Assembly (NCBI GenBank): GCA_007136055.1 | Contig: SLHT01000067.1 | Location: 1 to 34,726 of the forward strand | Length of the DNA: 34,726 nt | DNA from: Syntrophomonadaceae bacterium | GTDB taxonomy: Bacteria > Bacillota > Dethiobacteria > DTU022 | Direction: 5' to 3' | Part shown: positions 1 through 6,953 of the stretch, piece by piece | How positions within the stretch are numbered: position 1 is the stretch's first letter | Layout of the letters: every line of letters starts with the position of its first letter | The notes under the pieces: model-generated | What the model saw: the letters and a program-made list of their open reading frames with translations, nothing else | Databases searched by the model: none | What the model was told of the DNA's origin: nothing | Position numbers and translations under genes: made by a program

Positions 1-891
1 CTTATATCTGTATTTTTTATCGTTTACCGGGGTTTCGGCGGTTTCGGCGGCATGTTTACCGCTCTCGAAACAAACTATCCGGCCTGGCTGACCGTGCCGG
101 GACCGGGTTTCTTTAATATCCATGCTTTTATCGGGCTGACCCTGCCCTGGTTTTTCTTCTCCCTTTCCAACCCCCAGGTCAGCCAGCGCCTTTTCATGCC
201 CCGTTCCCTGGGGCAAATGCGGATCATGGTGATGGGTTTCCTGGTTTTCGGGTTTATCTACACCCTGGTTTCGATTATGTGGGGGTTTTCGGCCCGCCTT
301 TTATTGCCGGATTTAGCGGTAGCCGACAGCGCCACCCCTGTTTTGCTCAGCTTGGATGTGGTGCCGGCGGCAGTCGCCCTGCTCGTAATGCTTGGAATTT
401 GCGCTGCTGCGGTTTCCACGGTTAATTCGATTATCCTATCGCTTTCTTCTATGGTCTGCCGTGATGTCTTCAAAAATGTTTCTGTCAATATCGATGAGCA
501 AAAAGAACTTTTAATCGGGAAATTATTTGTACCCCTTTTCACTCTTTTCATTCTTGCTTTTGCAACCCTGCGCCTTGATTTGATTGCCGCCCTGTCGGTG
601 GCTTCTTCAGCAGGGCTGCTGGTCATGGTTCCCGCCCTGATCGGCGCTTTCTTCTGGAAAAGAGGGACAGCTGCAGGGGTCCTGTCCAGCGTGATTGTCG
701 GCGGTACTGTTGCCACAGTCCTGCAGTACAGCGGCTGGAAGCCTCTCGGGCTTTGGCCGGGGGTATGGAGCGGCCTTGTAGCGGTAGTCCTGTTTATTGG
801 AATAAGTCTGCTTACCGGGGCTCCTGAAAAAAAAGCGGAAGAATTTTTAAGCTTCCTGCGGGCAGAATTAAAGGGCAGAAAGGTAATTTAA
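1..891 (+). CDS. Sodium:solute symporter (SSF) family transporter, C-terminal part; 5' end lies outside the window
   Basis: Frame 1 is open from base 1 (LISVFFIVYRGFGGFGG precedes the listed Met at 52). The product is a run of hydrophobic helices with SSF-like segments (AAAVSTVNSIILSLSS, GLLVMVPALIGAFFWKRGT). Stop TAA at 889-891. Confidence 0.72.
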   Translation, partial: LISVFFIVYRGFGGFGGMFTALETNYPAWLTVPGPGFFNIHAFIGLTLPWFFFSLSNPQVSQRLFMPRSLGQMRIMVMGFLVFGFIYTLVSIMWGFSARLLLPDLAVADSATPVLLSLDVVPAAVALLVMLGICAAAVSTVNSIILSLSSMVCRDVFKNVSVNIDEQKELLIGKLFVPLFTLFILAFATLRLDLIAALSVASSAGLLVMVPALIGAFFWKRGTAAGVLSSVIVGGTVATVLQYSGWKPLGLWPGVWSGLVAVVLFIGISLLTGAPEKKAEEFLSFLRAELKGRKVI

Positions 892-1728
892 ATGGGGAAT
901 CTAAAGGGAATTGAGCAAACAGTTAACTACGGGGTTGCTTTAAATAAGGAGAAACAGTTAGAGAAACTGCTGGGCAATTTTAAAAAAGTAACAGTTGCTT
1001 TTTCGGGTGGGACGGACAGTTCCTATCTTCTGGGCAAAGCGCTTCAGGTCCTGGGCAGCGAAAATGTTCAGGCCGTAACATTGAAATCGGCTCTGAATCC
1101 CCATCAAGAGGTTGAAGAGGCGGCATCTTTTGCTTTAAAGCTCGGGGCGAGACACCGTATTATAAATATCGACTTCACTGCAGTTCCTGAATTTAAAGAC
1201 AATACTTCTGAGCGCTGTTATTATTGTAAGCGGACTTTTTTTAGCAGGATTATAAAAGTTTCCCGGGGCAAAGGTTTTCATGTGGTAATTGACGGCTCTA
1301 ATGCAGATGATATAAATGATCACAGACCCGGTATGCAGGCTGCTGAGGAAATGGCTATCCGCAGCCCCCTGTTGGAGGTTTCCATGGGCAAGGAAGAGAT
1401 CAGGTGCCTGTCAAAACAGAACGATTTTTCGACCTGGAACAAACCCTCAGCTGCCTGCCTCGCTTCGCGTATTCCTTATGGCGAAGAGGTTACCTTAGAA
1501 AAGTTGCAAAAAGTGGCCGCTGCAGAGTATTTTCTGCGCGGGCTCGGCTTGATAAATGACTTGCGGGTGCGCTGCCACGGTAACATTGCCCGTATTGAAG
1601 TAAATGGTTGCGACTTAGAAGTGGTGATAACTTATAGAAAAGAAATTGATGCCACCCTGCAAAGGATCGGGTTTACCTATGTTACCCTGGACTTGCATGG
1701 TTTTGAATCAGGCAGTATGAATCGGTAA
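892..1728 (+). CDS. larE: LarE-type ATP-dependent sulfur transferase (PP-loop ATP pyrophosphatase) for nickel-pincer cofactor synthesis
   Basis: PP-loop VAFSGGTDSSYLL. Conserved Cys context NKPSAACLASRIPYG. C-terminal IARIEV...GFTYVTLDLHGFESGSMN resembles L. plantarum LarE as I recall it. ATG immediately follows the symporter stop (TAAATG). Confidence 0.8.
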   Translation: MGNLKGIEQTVNYGVALNKEKQLEKLLGNFKKVTVAFSGGTDSSYLLGKALQVLGSENVQAVTLKSALNPHQEVEEAASFALKLGARHRIINIDFTAVPEFKDNTSERCYYCKRTFFSRIIKVSRGKGFHVVIDGSNADDINDHRPGMQAAEEMAIRSPLLEVSMGKEEIRCLSKQNDFSTWNKPSAACLASRIPYGEEVTLEKLQKVAAAEYFLRGLGLINDLRVRCHGNIARIEVNGCDLEVVITYRKEIDATLQRIGFTYVTLDLHGFESGSMNR

Positions 1729-1743
1729 AAAATGTGCTGCTTT

Positions 1744-2073
1744 TCAATCATCATCCCACCACTGATCACTACCGTTTTCGCCTTCATCTCCCCACCAACC
1801 GTCGCCCTCGCCTTCTGTAACCTCACCGTTTATGTTCATTTCGACAGTGTGGGTAAAACCTGAATCAGATGAAGAGTCCGGGTTGGCTTTGCTGTCATTT
1901 TCATCTTCATCTAACTCTTCATCTATTTCGACTTCATCTTCTGCTTCGAATTCTTTCTGCGCTTCTTCTTCATCTATATCTTCTTCCCGGGCGGCGGGGT
2001 CTGCGCAGCTAACCAGCAAAAAGGCGATCAGGACTGCCAAAAAAATCAAGCTTGATTTGCTTATTGCGGTCAT
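1744..2073 (-). CDS. Small, extremely acidic predicted lipoprotein (109 aa)
   Basis: Signal peptide plus lipobox (LLVSC) followed by a D/E-rich low-complexity body ending WWGDEGENGSDQWWDDD. Good RBS (GGAAAGGGGTG) upstream of the ATG on the minus strand. Confidence 0.6.
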   Translation of the reverse strand: MTAISKSSLIFLAVLIAFLLVSCADPAAREEDIDEEEAQKEFEAEDEVEIDEELDEDENDSKANPDSSSDSGFTHTVEMNINGEVTEGEGDGWWGDEGENGSDQWWDDD

Positions 2074-2316
2074 TTAAGGACACCCCTTTCCTTCTTTTCC
2101 TCCATCTTTATGGTCGGGCCGCAGCCGTGGCGGCGTGTTTGGCACAGAATACATCCTGCTTAACCACCTCTAATTATAACACATCATCTGGTTCAAGTTA
2201 ATAAAAGGTTGCCCTGTCAGAAAGAATAACCGGAAAAAGAGTTAAGCCCGGTCAGAAAAAAGGATTTATCTCCTAAAAAAAGAATGATAAGAGATATCAA
2301 AGAAAGGTGTGATTAA

Positions 2317-3300
2317 ATGGCTAAAACTGTAATTGAACAAATCCGCAGCGATTTATTCCGTGCCGAAATTCCCCTGCCTCGTAATCCTCTGAAAGCGACT
2401 AATTCATATATTATAAAAGGTAACCCCCGTAACCTGGTTATTGATACGGGGATGAATCGTGAAGAATGCAAAACGGCCCTGCTGGACGCATTTGATCAGC
2501 TTAATGTAGACATGCAAAAGACAGACTATTTTGTTACCCACCTGCATGCCGATCATGTTGGTTTGGTAGATGAACTGTCGGCTGAAGACGCCTTGATTTA
2601 CTTTAATGAACCGGACGCGGAGATACTGAACAGGAAAGACCTCTGGCAGCTGGTTTGTTCCCTGGCCGGCCGCCATGGTTTTCCTGAAGAACTGGTTAAT
2701 ATGGCCATCGATTCTCATCCCGGCCAGCGCTACAGCCCTAAAGATGAAGTTGAATTCAGCATGGTCGAAGATGGGGATATTCTGCGTTTTGGCGATTACG
2801 AGCTGCACTGCGTTGTTACCCCGGGCCATACCGGCGGGCACACCTGCCTGTATGAGCCACACCTGAAATATTTCTTTTCCGGCGATCATATTTTAGGCGA
2901 TATCACCCCCAATATATCGACCTGGCTCGAAGAAGGCAATCCTTTAGGGGAATACTTCAAGAGCCTGGACCGGGTCTATGCCATGTCCGTAGATCTTGTT
3001 TTGCCCGGCCACCGCAGATTGATTCGTGACTGCCGCGGCAGGATAGAAGAACTGAAAAAACACCACCGGGCCCGCTTAGAAGAAGTGGTAGATATTCTTA
3101 GTGCAAACAGCCCAAAAAATGCTTATGAAGTGGCTTCAAAAATGACATGGGACCTGGTGGCAGCTGACTGGAACGATTTTCCTTTAATGCAGAAGTGGTT
3201 CGCGACAGGGGAAGCGCTGGCTCATATCCGCTACCTTGAAGTAGAAGGCAAAGTAAAAAGAGGGGGCGATGAGCATCAGCAAGTATATCTTGTCAATTGA
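2317..3300 (+). CDS. MBL-fold metallo-hydrolase
   Basis: Metallo-beta-lactamase motif THLHADHVG plus downstream His/Asp ligand contexts (TPGHTGGH, SGDHILGD, LPGHR). RBS AAAGGTG lies before the ATG. Confidence 0.85.
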   Translation: MAKTVIEQIRSDLFRAEIPLPRNPLKATNSYIIKGNPRNLVIDTGMNREECKTALLDAFDQLNVDMQKTDYFVTHLHADHVGLVDELSAEDALIYFNEPDAEILNRKDLWQLVCSLAGRHGFPEELVNMAIDSHPGQRYSPKDEVEFSMVEDGDILRFGDYELHCVVTPGHTGGHTCLYEPHLKYFFSGDHILGDITPNISTWLEEGNPLGEYFKSLDRVYAMSVDLVLPGHRRLIRDCRGRIEELKKHHRARLEEVVDILSANSPKNAYEVASKMTWDLVAADWNDFPLMQKWFATGEALAHIRYLEVEGKVKRGGDEHQQVYLVN

Positions 3301-4795
3301 CCAGGGAACAACCGGGACAACAGCTATTTTGTGGGACGAGGAAGGGTTCTCTAAAGCCAGGGCTAACCGGGAACACAGGCAGTATTATCCGCAGCCCGGC
3401 TGGGTTGAACATGATCCTGAAGAGATCTGGGAAAATACCTTACAAGTTGCCTCTAATACCCTGCAGGAGGCGGGAGCTAAAGCCTCCGAAATAGTATCGA
3501 TTGGGATTACCAACCAGCGTGAGACCCTGGTATTTTGGGATCGCAACAGTGGAAAGCCGATTAGTAGGGCCATTGTCTGGCAGTGCCGCCGTACCTCTGA
3601 GATGTGCAGCCGGCTTAAAAGTGAGGGGCACGAGGAAGAGATCCGCCGCAAAACGGGGCTCTTGCTGGATCCGTACTTTTCGGGAACCAAGCTCCGCTGG
3701 GCCCTGGAAAATTTACCTGAAGTGAGCAGGGCTGCAGAAGAAGGAACCCTGGCCTGCGGGACAGTGGACAGCTATCTTTTATTCCGCTTAACCGGGGGCC
3801 GGGTATTTGCCACTGATTACTCCAATGCCTCAAGAACCCTGCTTTACAATATCCATACTTTGGAGTGGGATTCAGATCTGTTGGAGCTATTTAAAGTTCC
3901 TGCCGAAGTATTGCCTGAAGTGAAACCCAGCAGCGGTATTTTTGGCCATACGGAGGAGAGTGTCTTTTTTGGCTGCCGTATTCCCCTGGGCGGCATAGCC
4001 GGGGATCAGCAGTCCGCTCTTTTCGGACAGGCCTGCTACAATCCCGGGATGACAAAAAATACTTACGGGACAGGTTCTTTTTTATTGATGAATACTGGAG
4101 AAAAAGCAGTTGCCTCTGAAAAAGGGTTATTGACTACCATTGCCTGGGGAATTGGCGATAAGATTGAATATGCCCTGGAAGGCAGTATCTTTATTACCGG
4201 GGCTGCTGTCCAGTGGTTGCGAGACGGTCTCGGGGTGATAGAAAAATCATCTGATCTGGAAGTTTTGGCTGCGCAAATCGATGGCAATGATGGTATTTAC
4301 CTGGTTCCCGCTTTTGCCGGTCTTGGCGCTCCTTACTGGGATCCTTATGCCCGCGGTTTGCTGATCGGGATTACAGGCGGTACTTCCAAGGCTCACCTGG
4401 CCAGGGCCGTAATGGAAGCAATGGCTTACCAGACCAGGGATGTGCTTGAAGTGATGCACAGGGAAGCAGAGCTGCCTTTAAGAGAACTGCGGGTCGATGG
4501 TGGGGCCAGCGTGATGGACTTATTGCTGCAGTTTCAGGCCGATATAACCGGGACAGTGGTTCGCCGTTCGGCTACCTTTGATACTACTGCTCTCGGGGCG
4601 GCCTACCTGGCCGGACTGGCCACCGGTTTCTGGGGCAGTATGGATGATCTGTCCGGCAGGTGGAAGCAGAGCGCTGCGTTTGAACCGCAGATGGACCGGG
4701 ATACCAGGGAAGCCCTCTACCAGGGCTGGCTCAGGGCTGTCAAACGTACGCTTGGCTGGGCCCGGGGCGAAGATATACCCGACAGTCAGGATTGA
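3269..4795 (+). CDS. glpK: Glycerol kinase
   Basis: N-terminus KYILSIDQGTTGTTAILWD. FGGY-family kinase blocks (GITNQRETLVFWD, DPYFSGTKLRWAL, GDQQSALFGQ, VDGGAS). RBS AGAGGGGG before the ATG. Overlaps the MBL gene by 32 nt. Confidence 0.95.
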   Translation: MSISKYILSIDQGTTGTTAILWDEEGFSKARANREHRQYYPQPGWVEHDPEEIWENTLQVASNTLQEAGAKASEIVSIGITNQRETLVFWDRNSGKPISRAIVWQCRRTSEMCSRLKSEGHEEEIRRKTGLLLDPYFSGTKLRWALENLPEVSRAAEEGTLACGTVDSYLLFRLTGGRVFATDYSNASRTLLYNIHTLEWDSDLLELFKVPAEVLPEVKPSSGIFGHTEESVFFGCRIPLGGIAGDQQSALFGQACYNPGMTKNTYGTGSFLLMNTGEKAVASEKGLLTTIAWGIGDKIEYALEGSIFITGAAVQWLRDGLGVIEKSSDLEVLAAQIDGNDGIYLVPAFAGLGAPYWDPYARGLLIGITGGTSKAHLARAVMEAMAYQTRDVLEVMHREAELPLRELRVDGGASVMDLLLQFQADITGTVVRRSATFDTTALGAAYLAGLATGFWGSMDDLSGRWKQSAAFEPQMDRDTREALYQGWLRAVKRTLGWARGEDIPDSQD

Positions 4796-5406
4796 ACGTT
4801 CGCAGGCGCCAGGGGGCCGCTACCTGCGCCCGGTGGTGAAACCAATCCGCCTGAGACAATCACTTTCATGCCTTCTTCGATGCTCATTTGCAGTTCGGTA
4901 ATTTCGCTTTTAGGGGCCAGGATCAACATCCCCGAAGTTGGGTTAGGGGTTGTCGGAATAAATATGCAGATAGTTTCTTTTTCAGTTATTTCTTGGATTT
5001 CACCCCTGGAGATGCTGGTTACGAAGCCAAGCACATAAAGACCTTTACGGGGATACTCAAGCAGAACAACCTTTTGAAAGGCATCTTTGCCCTGGACGGT
5101 AAAAGCATCGATAATCTGTCTGGCGCTGCTGTAAATGCCCCTGGCCAGGGGTAAGCGCTGAAAAATATTATCACCCAGGGCGACTAATTGTTTACCAATA
5201 ATATTAGAGGCAATAAAACCGACGATGAAGATCAGCAGGATGCCTGCTGCAAAACCTGCTCCGGGTACGCGGTAATCAAATATGGCTATTATCAAATTGC
5301 CAATAATGCTATCAAGAAAGGTGAAGACGAGGAAGAAAACATAAATTGTGATCGCCAGTGGTAAAAGGGTAAGTACCCCGGTTGTAAAGATTCTTTTTAT
5401 GTTCAT
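4786..5406 (-). CDS. DUF502-family membrane protein
   Basis: N-terminus MNIKRIFTTGVLTLLPLAITIYVFFLVFTFLDSIIG is typical of DUF502, with two N-terminal TM helices and a soluble C-terminal part. RBS CGGAGG. The 3' end overlaps the glpK 3' end convergently by 10 nt. Confidence 0.75.
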   Translation of the reverse strand: MNIKRIFTTGVLTLLPLAITIYVFFLVFTFLDSIIGNLIIAIFDYRVPGAGFAAGILLIFIVGFIASNIIGKQLVALGDNIFQRLPLARGIYSSARQIIDAFTVQGKDAFQKVVLLEYPRKGLYVLGFVTSISRGEIQEITEKETICIFIPTTPNPTSGMLILAPKSEITELQMSIEEGMKVIVSGGLVSPPGAGSGPLAPANVQS

Positions 5407-5697
5407 TTGACAGCCTCCGTTAATAAGGGTGTTTTCGATAATGATTATATTCTAATGCCATGGAAAATATAATTAAACCACATAAATATTTATATAAACG
5501 AAGCAGGTAAGCAATCATGAAGAAGGCTGGAAAAGAAGCAAAAACAGGTTTAATCATTTTTATAGGCCTGGCATTGATAGTTTTGGTTACAGGCTGCACC
5601 ACTTTCTTCATGGTCCGCTGTTTGCCAGGCATCAGACAGCAAGTGTCGTCAAGAGGTCCTGATCAGCAAAGCCCTATACTGTATTTGGGCATAAAAA

Positions 5698-5772
5698 TGG
5701 CTGGGGCGGTAGGATTCGAACCTACGCATGCGGATTCCAAAGACCCGTGCCTTACCGCTTGGCTACGCCCCA
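5698..5772 (-). tRNA. tRNA-Gln (anticodon UUG), CCA encoded
   Basis: Manual cloverleaf on the reverse complement: acceptor TGGGGCG/CGCCCCA, D arm GCCA..AGGC, anticodon stem CGGGT/ATCCG with loop CTTTGGA, T arm GTAGG-TTCGAAT-CCTAC, discriminator G, then CCA. Total 75 nt. Confidence 0.93.
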
Positions 5773-5802
5773 GCAACTTAAGCTAGATACATTTTAAAAT
5801 AA

Positions 5803-5880
5803 TGGGGTGAGTGATGGGGTTCGAACCCACGGCCTCCAGGGCCACAACCTGGCGCTCTAACCAGCTGAGCTACACCCACC
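5803..5880 (-). tRNA. tRNA-His (anticodon GUG) with the extra G(-1), CCA encoded
   Basis: Reverse complement reads G-GTGGGTG-TA-GCTC..GAGC-G-CCAGG-TTGTGGC-CCTGG-AGGCC-GTGGG-TTCGAAC-CCCAT-CACTCAC-C-CCA. The G(-1):C73 pair is the His identity element. Confidence 0.93.
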
Positions 5881-5905
5881 ATTACCTGTACCTATTGCGC
5901 TGTTA

Positions 5906-5934
5906 ATTTTAGCATGAGCAATTTAAAAAGTCAA
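5906..5934 (-). promoter_or_regulatory. Sigma-A-type promoter for the tRNA-His/tRNA-Gln unit
   Basis: On the minus strand: TTGACT (5934-5929), 17-nt spacer, TAAAAT (5911-5906). It sits about 25 nt upstream of the tRNA-His 5' end. Confidence 0.5.
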
Positions 5935-6104
5935 CGCTCAACGCTGCCGAGCTCAAAAAGTTTTACGAGAGTTTTACGCCCTCGGCTAATAAAGAATTGA
6001 TCTATAATTATGCTTGTCCGATCTTACTTTATTATTTATTATATACATTAGCGATGAGTTACAGATAGTATGTTGTTATTTTATTAAACTTCATAGTAGA
6101 GGAG

Positions 6105-6869
6105 ATGTTATCGTTGCGCTTTATCAGCGGCAGGTTAATCATTGGTTTAGCGGTTTTAGTGATCGGTGTAGTTTTACTCTTCAATAATCTTGGCCTGGGA
6201 ATTGAGATTGAGATCAGGGAAATCTTGAGGCTATGGCCGGTTATTCCCCTGGTTTTAGGCCTTAACTGGCTGTTTATGTCATTTGGTTCAGCTGAAGGCT
6301 CTGCCGGTAAAAAAGTTTTTTTCTCCTGGGGGCAGTTTTTTACAGCGCTTATTGCCATAGCTGTCGGTGTTATATTTCTTGGCCGTAACCTGGGGCTATT
6401 TAAAGTTGACACAACCCTGTTTTTTAACCTGCTCTGGCCGGTAGTCCTGATCTTAATTGGTTTTAACCTCCTGCGCGGGAAAACGCAAAGCAGTGGTAAA
6501 GGCGGCCGTTTTGTTTTTATGGGCGGGGCAAATGTAGGCAGCGGTGAGCCCTGGAAATTAGAAGGTGGCAGCTATTTTGCCTTTATGGGCGGTATAGAAA
6601 TGGATTTAACGAAAGCAGAGGTTCCTGAAGGTGAAACTGTTCTGGACCTGACTGCAATAATGGGAGGTATAGAGGTAAAAATTCCGCATGATTTAGCTGT
6701 AATATATGAAGGTTCAGCTGTCCTGGGCGGGGTGACCTTTAAAGACCAGGAAGACGGAGGAATTATTGCCGGTCGCAAAGTAGAACATAATATTGATAAA
6801 TCGACCGGCCGCAAATTGCGTATCCAGGCCCGGGCCATTATGGGCGGTGTCGAAATTAAGGAGGCCTGA
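6105..6869 (+). CDS. Membrane protein with a LiaF-like (DUF2154/toastrack) C-terminal domain
   Basis: Four to five N-terminal TM helices, then repeated beta-strand-like units (FMGGIEMDLTKAEVP, AIMGGIEVKIPHDLAV, AVLGGVTF, AIMGGVEIK) typical of LiaF-type cell-envelope stress proteins. TTG at 6114 is better spaced from the GAGGAG RBS than ATG at 6105. Confidence 0.62.
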   Translation: MLSLRFISGRLIIGLAVLVIGVVLLFNNLGLGIEIEIREILRLWPVIPLVLGLNWLFMSFGSAEGSAGKKVFFSWGQFFTALIAIAVGVIFLGRNLGLFKVDTTLFFNLLWPVVLILIGFNLLRGKTQSSGKGGRFVFMGGANVGSGEPWKLEGGSYFAFMGGIEMDLTKAEVPEGETVLDLTAIMGGIEVKIPHDLAVIYEGSAVLGGVTFKDQEDGGIIAGRKVEHNIDKSTGRKLRIQARAIMGGVEIKEA

Positions 6870-6916
6870 TTGTTTTACCAGCAGGGGCAATAGAAAGCAG
6901 GGGTATATATTAACTG

Positions 6917-6953
6917 ACAGGGTCCTGTAGATTTAGCCTGGCCCTGTTTTTTT
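6917..6953 (+). terminator. Rho-independent terminator between the convergent LiaF-like and Mur-ligase genes
   Basis: Stem ACAGGGTC (6917-6924) pairs with GGCCCTGT (6940-6947, one G-U pair) and is followed by seven T. The T-run abuts the stop codon of the minus-strand gene. Confidence 0.6.

Noticed and set aside
258-716. 152-aa minus-strand ORF inside the symporter gene. The same applies to many similar antisense or out-of-frame track ORFs, including 1135..1323, 2404..2889, 3385..3690, 4063..4459, 7033..8037, 10902..11183, 11239..11840, 12173..12775, 13553..14315, 15800..16088, 16639..17175, 17639..17899, 18364..18822, 20451..20748, 21764..22102, 23077..23982, 26713..27568, 28422..29042, 30788..31201 and 31445..32625.
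   Set aside because: All lie wholly within strongly supported genes on the other strand or in another frame. They have low-complexity, Arg/Ser/Pro-rich or otherwise non-protein-like composition, lack ribosome-binding sites, and match no family I recognise. They are shadow ORFs.
1832-2077. Ser-rich 81-aa plus-strand ORF
   Set aside because: It is the mirror image of the D/E-rich lipoprotein gene: GAx codons read antisense give Ser/Leu-type codons. It has no RBS or signal features, whereas the minus-strand ORF has an RBS, a signal peptide and a lipobox.
5420-5632. 70-aa minus-strand ORF just upstream of the DUF502 gene
   Set aside because: There is no RBS before any of its candidate starts. 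Its hydrophobic stretch is simply the antisense of the plus-strand signal-peptide-like segment. Neither strand can be confirmed, so I kept only the plus-strand observation as a low-interest finding.
6015-6050. AT-rich TTATTATATACATTAG segment, compared with the Firmicute dif (XerCD) site
   Set aside because: It matches neither arm of the B. subtilis dif sequence as I recall it (ACTTCCTAGAA / TTATGTAAACT).
5407-6104. Possible integrated element or genomic-island boundary at the tRNA-Gln/tRNA-His pair
   Set aside because: There is no integrase, excisionase or phage/plasmid gene, and no visible direct repeat of a tRNA 3' end. Flanking genes are ordinary housekeeping or membrane genes.
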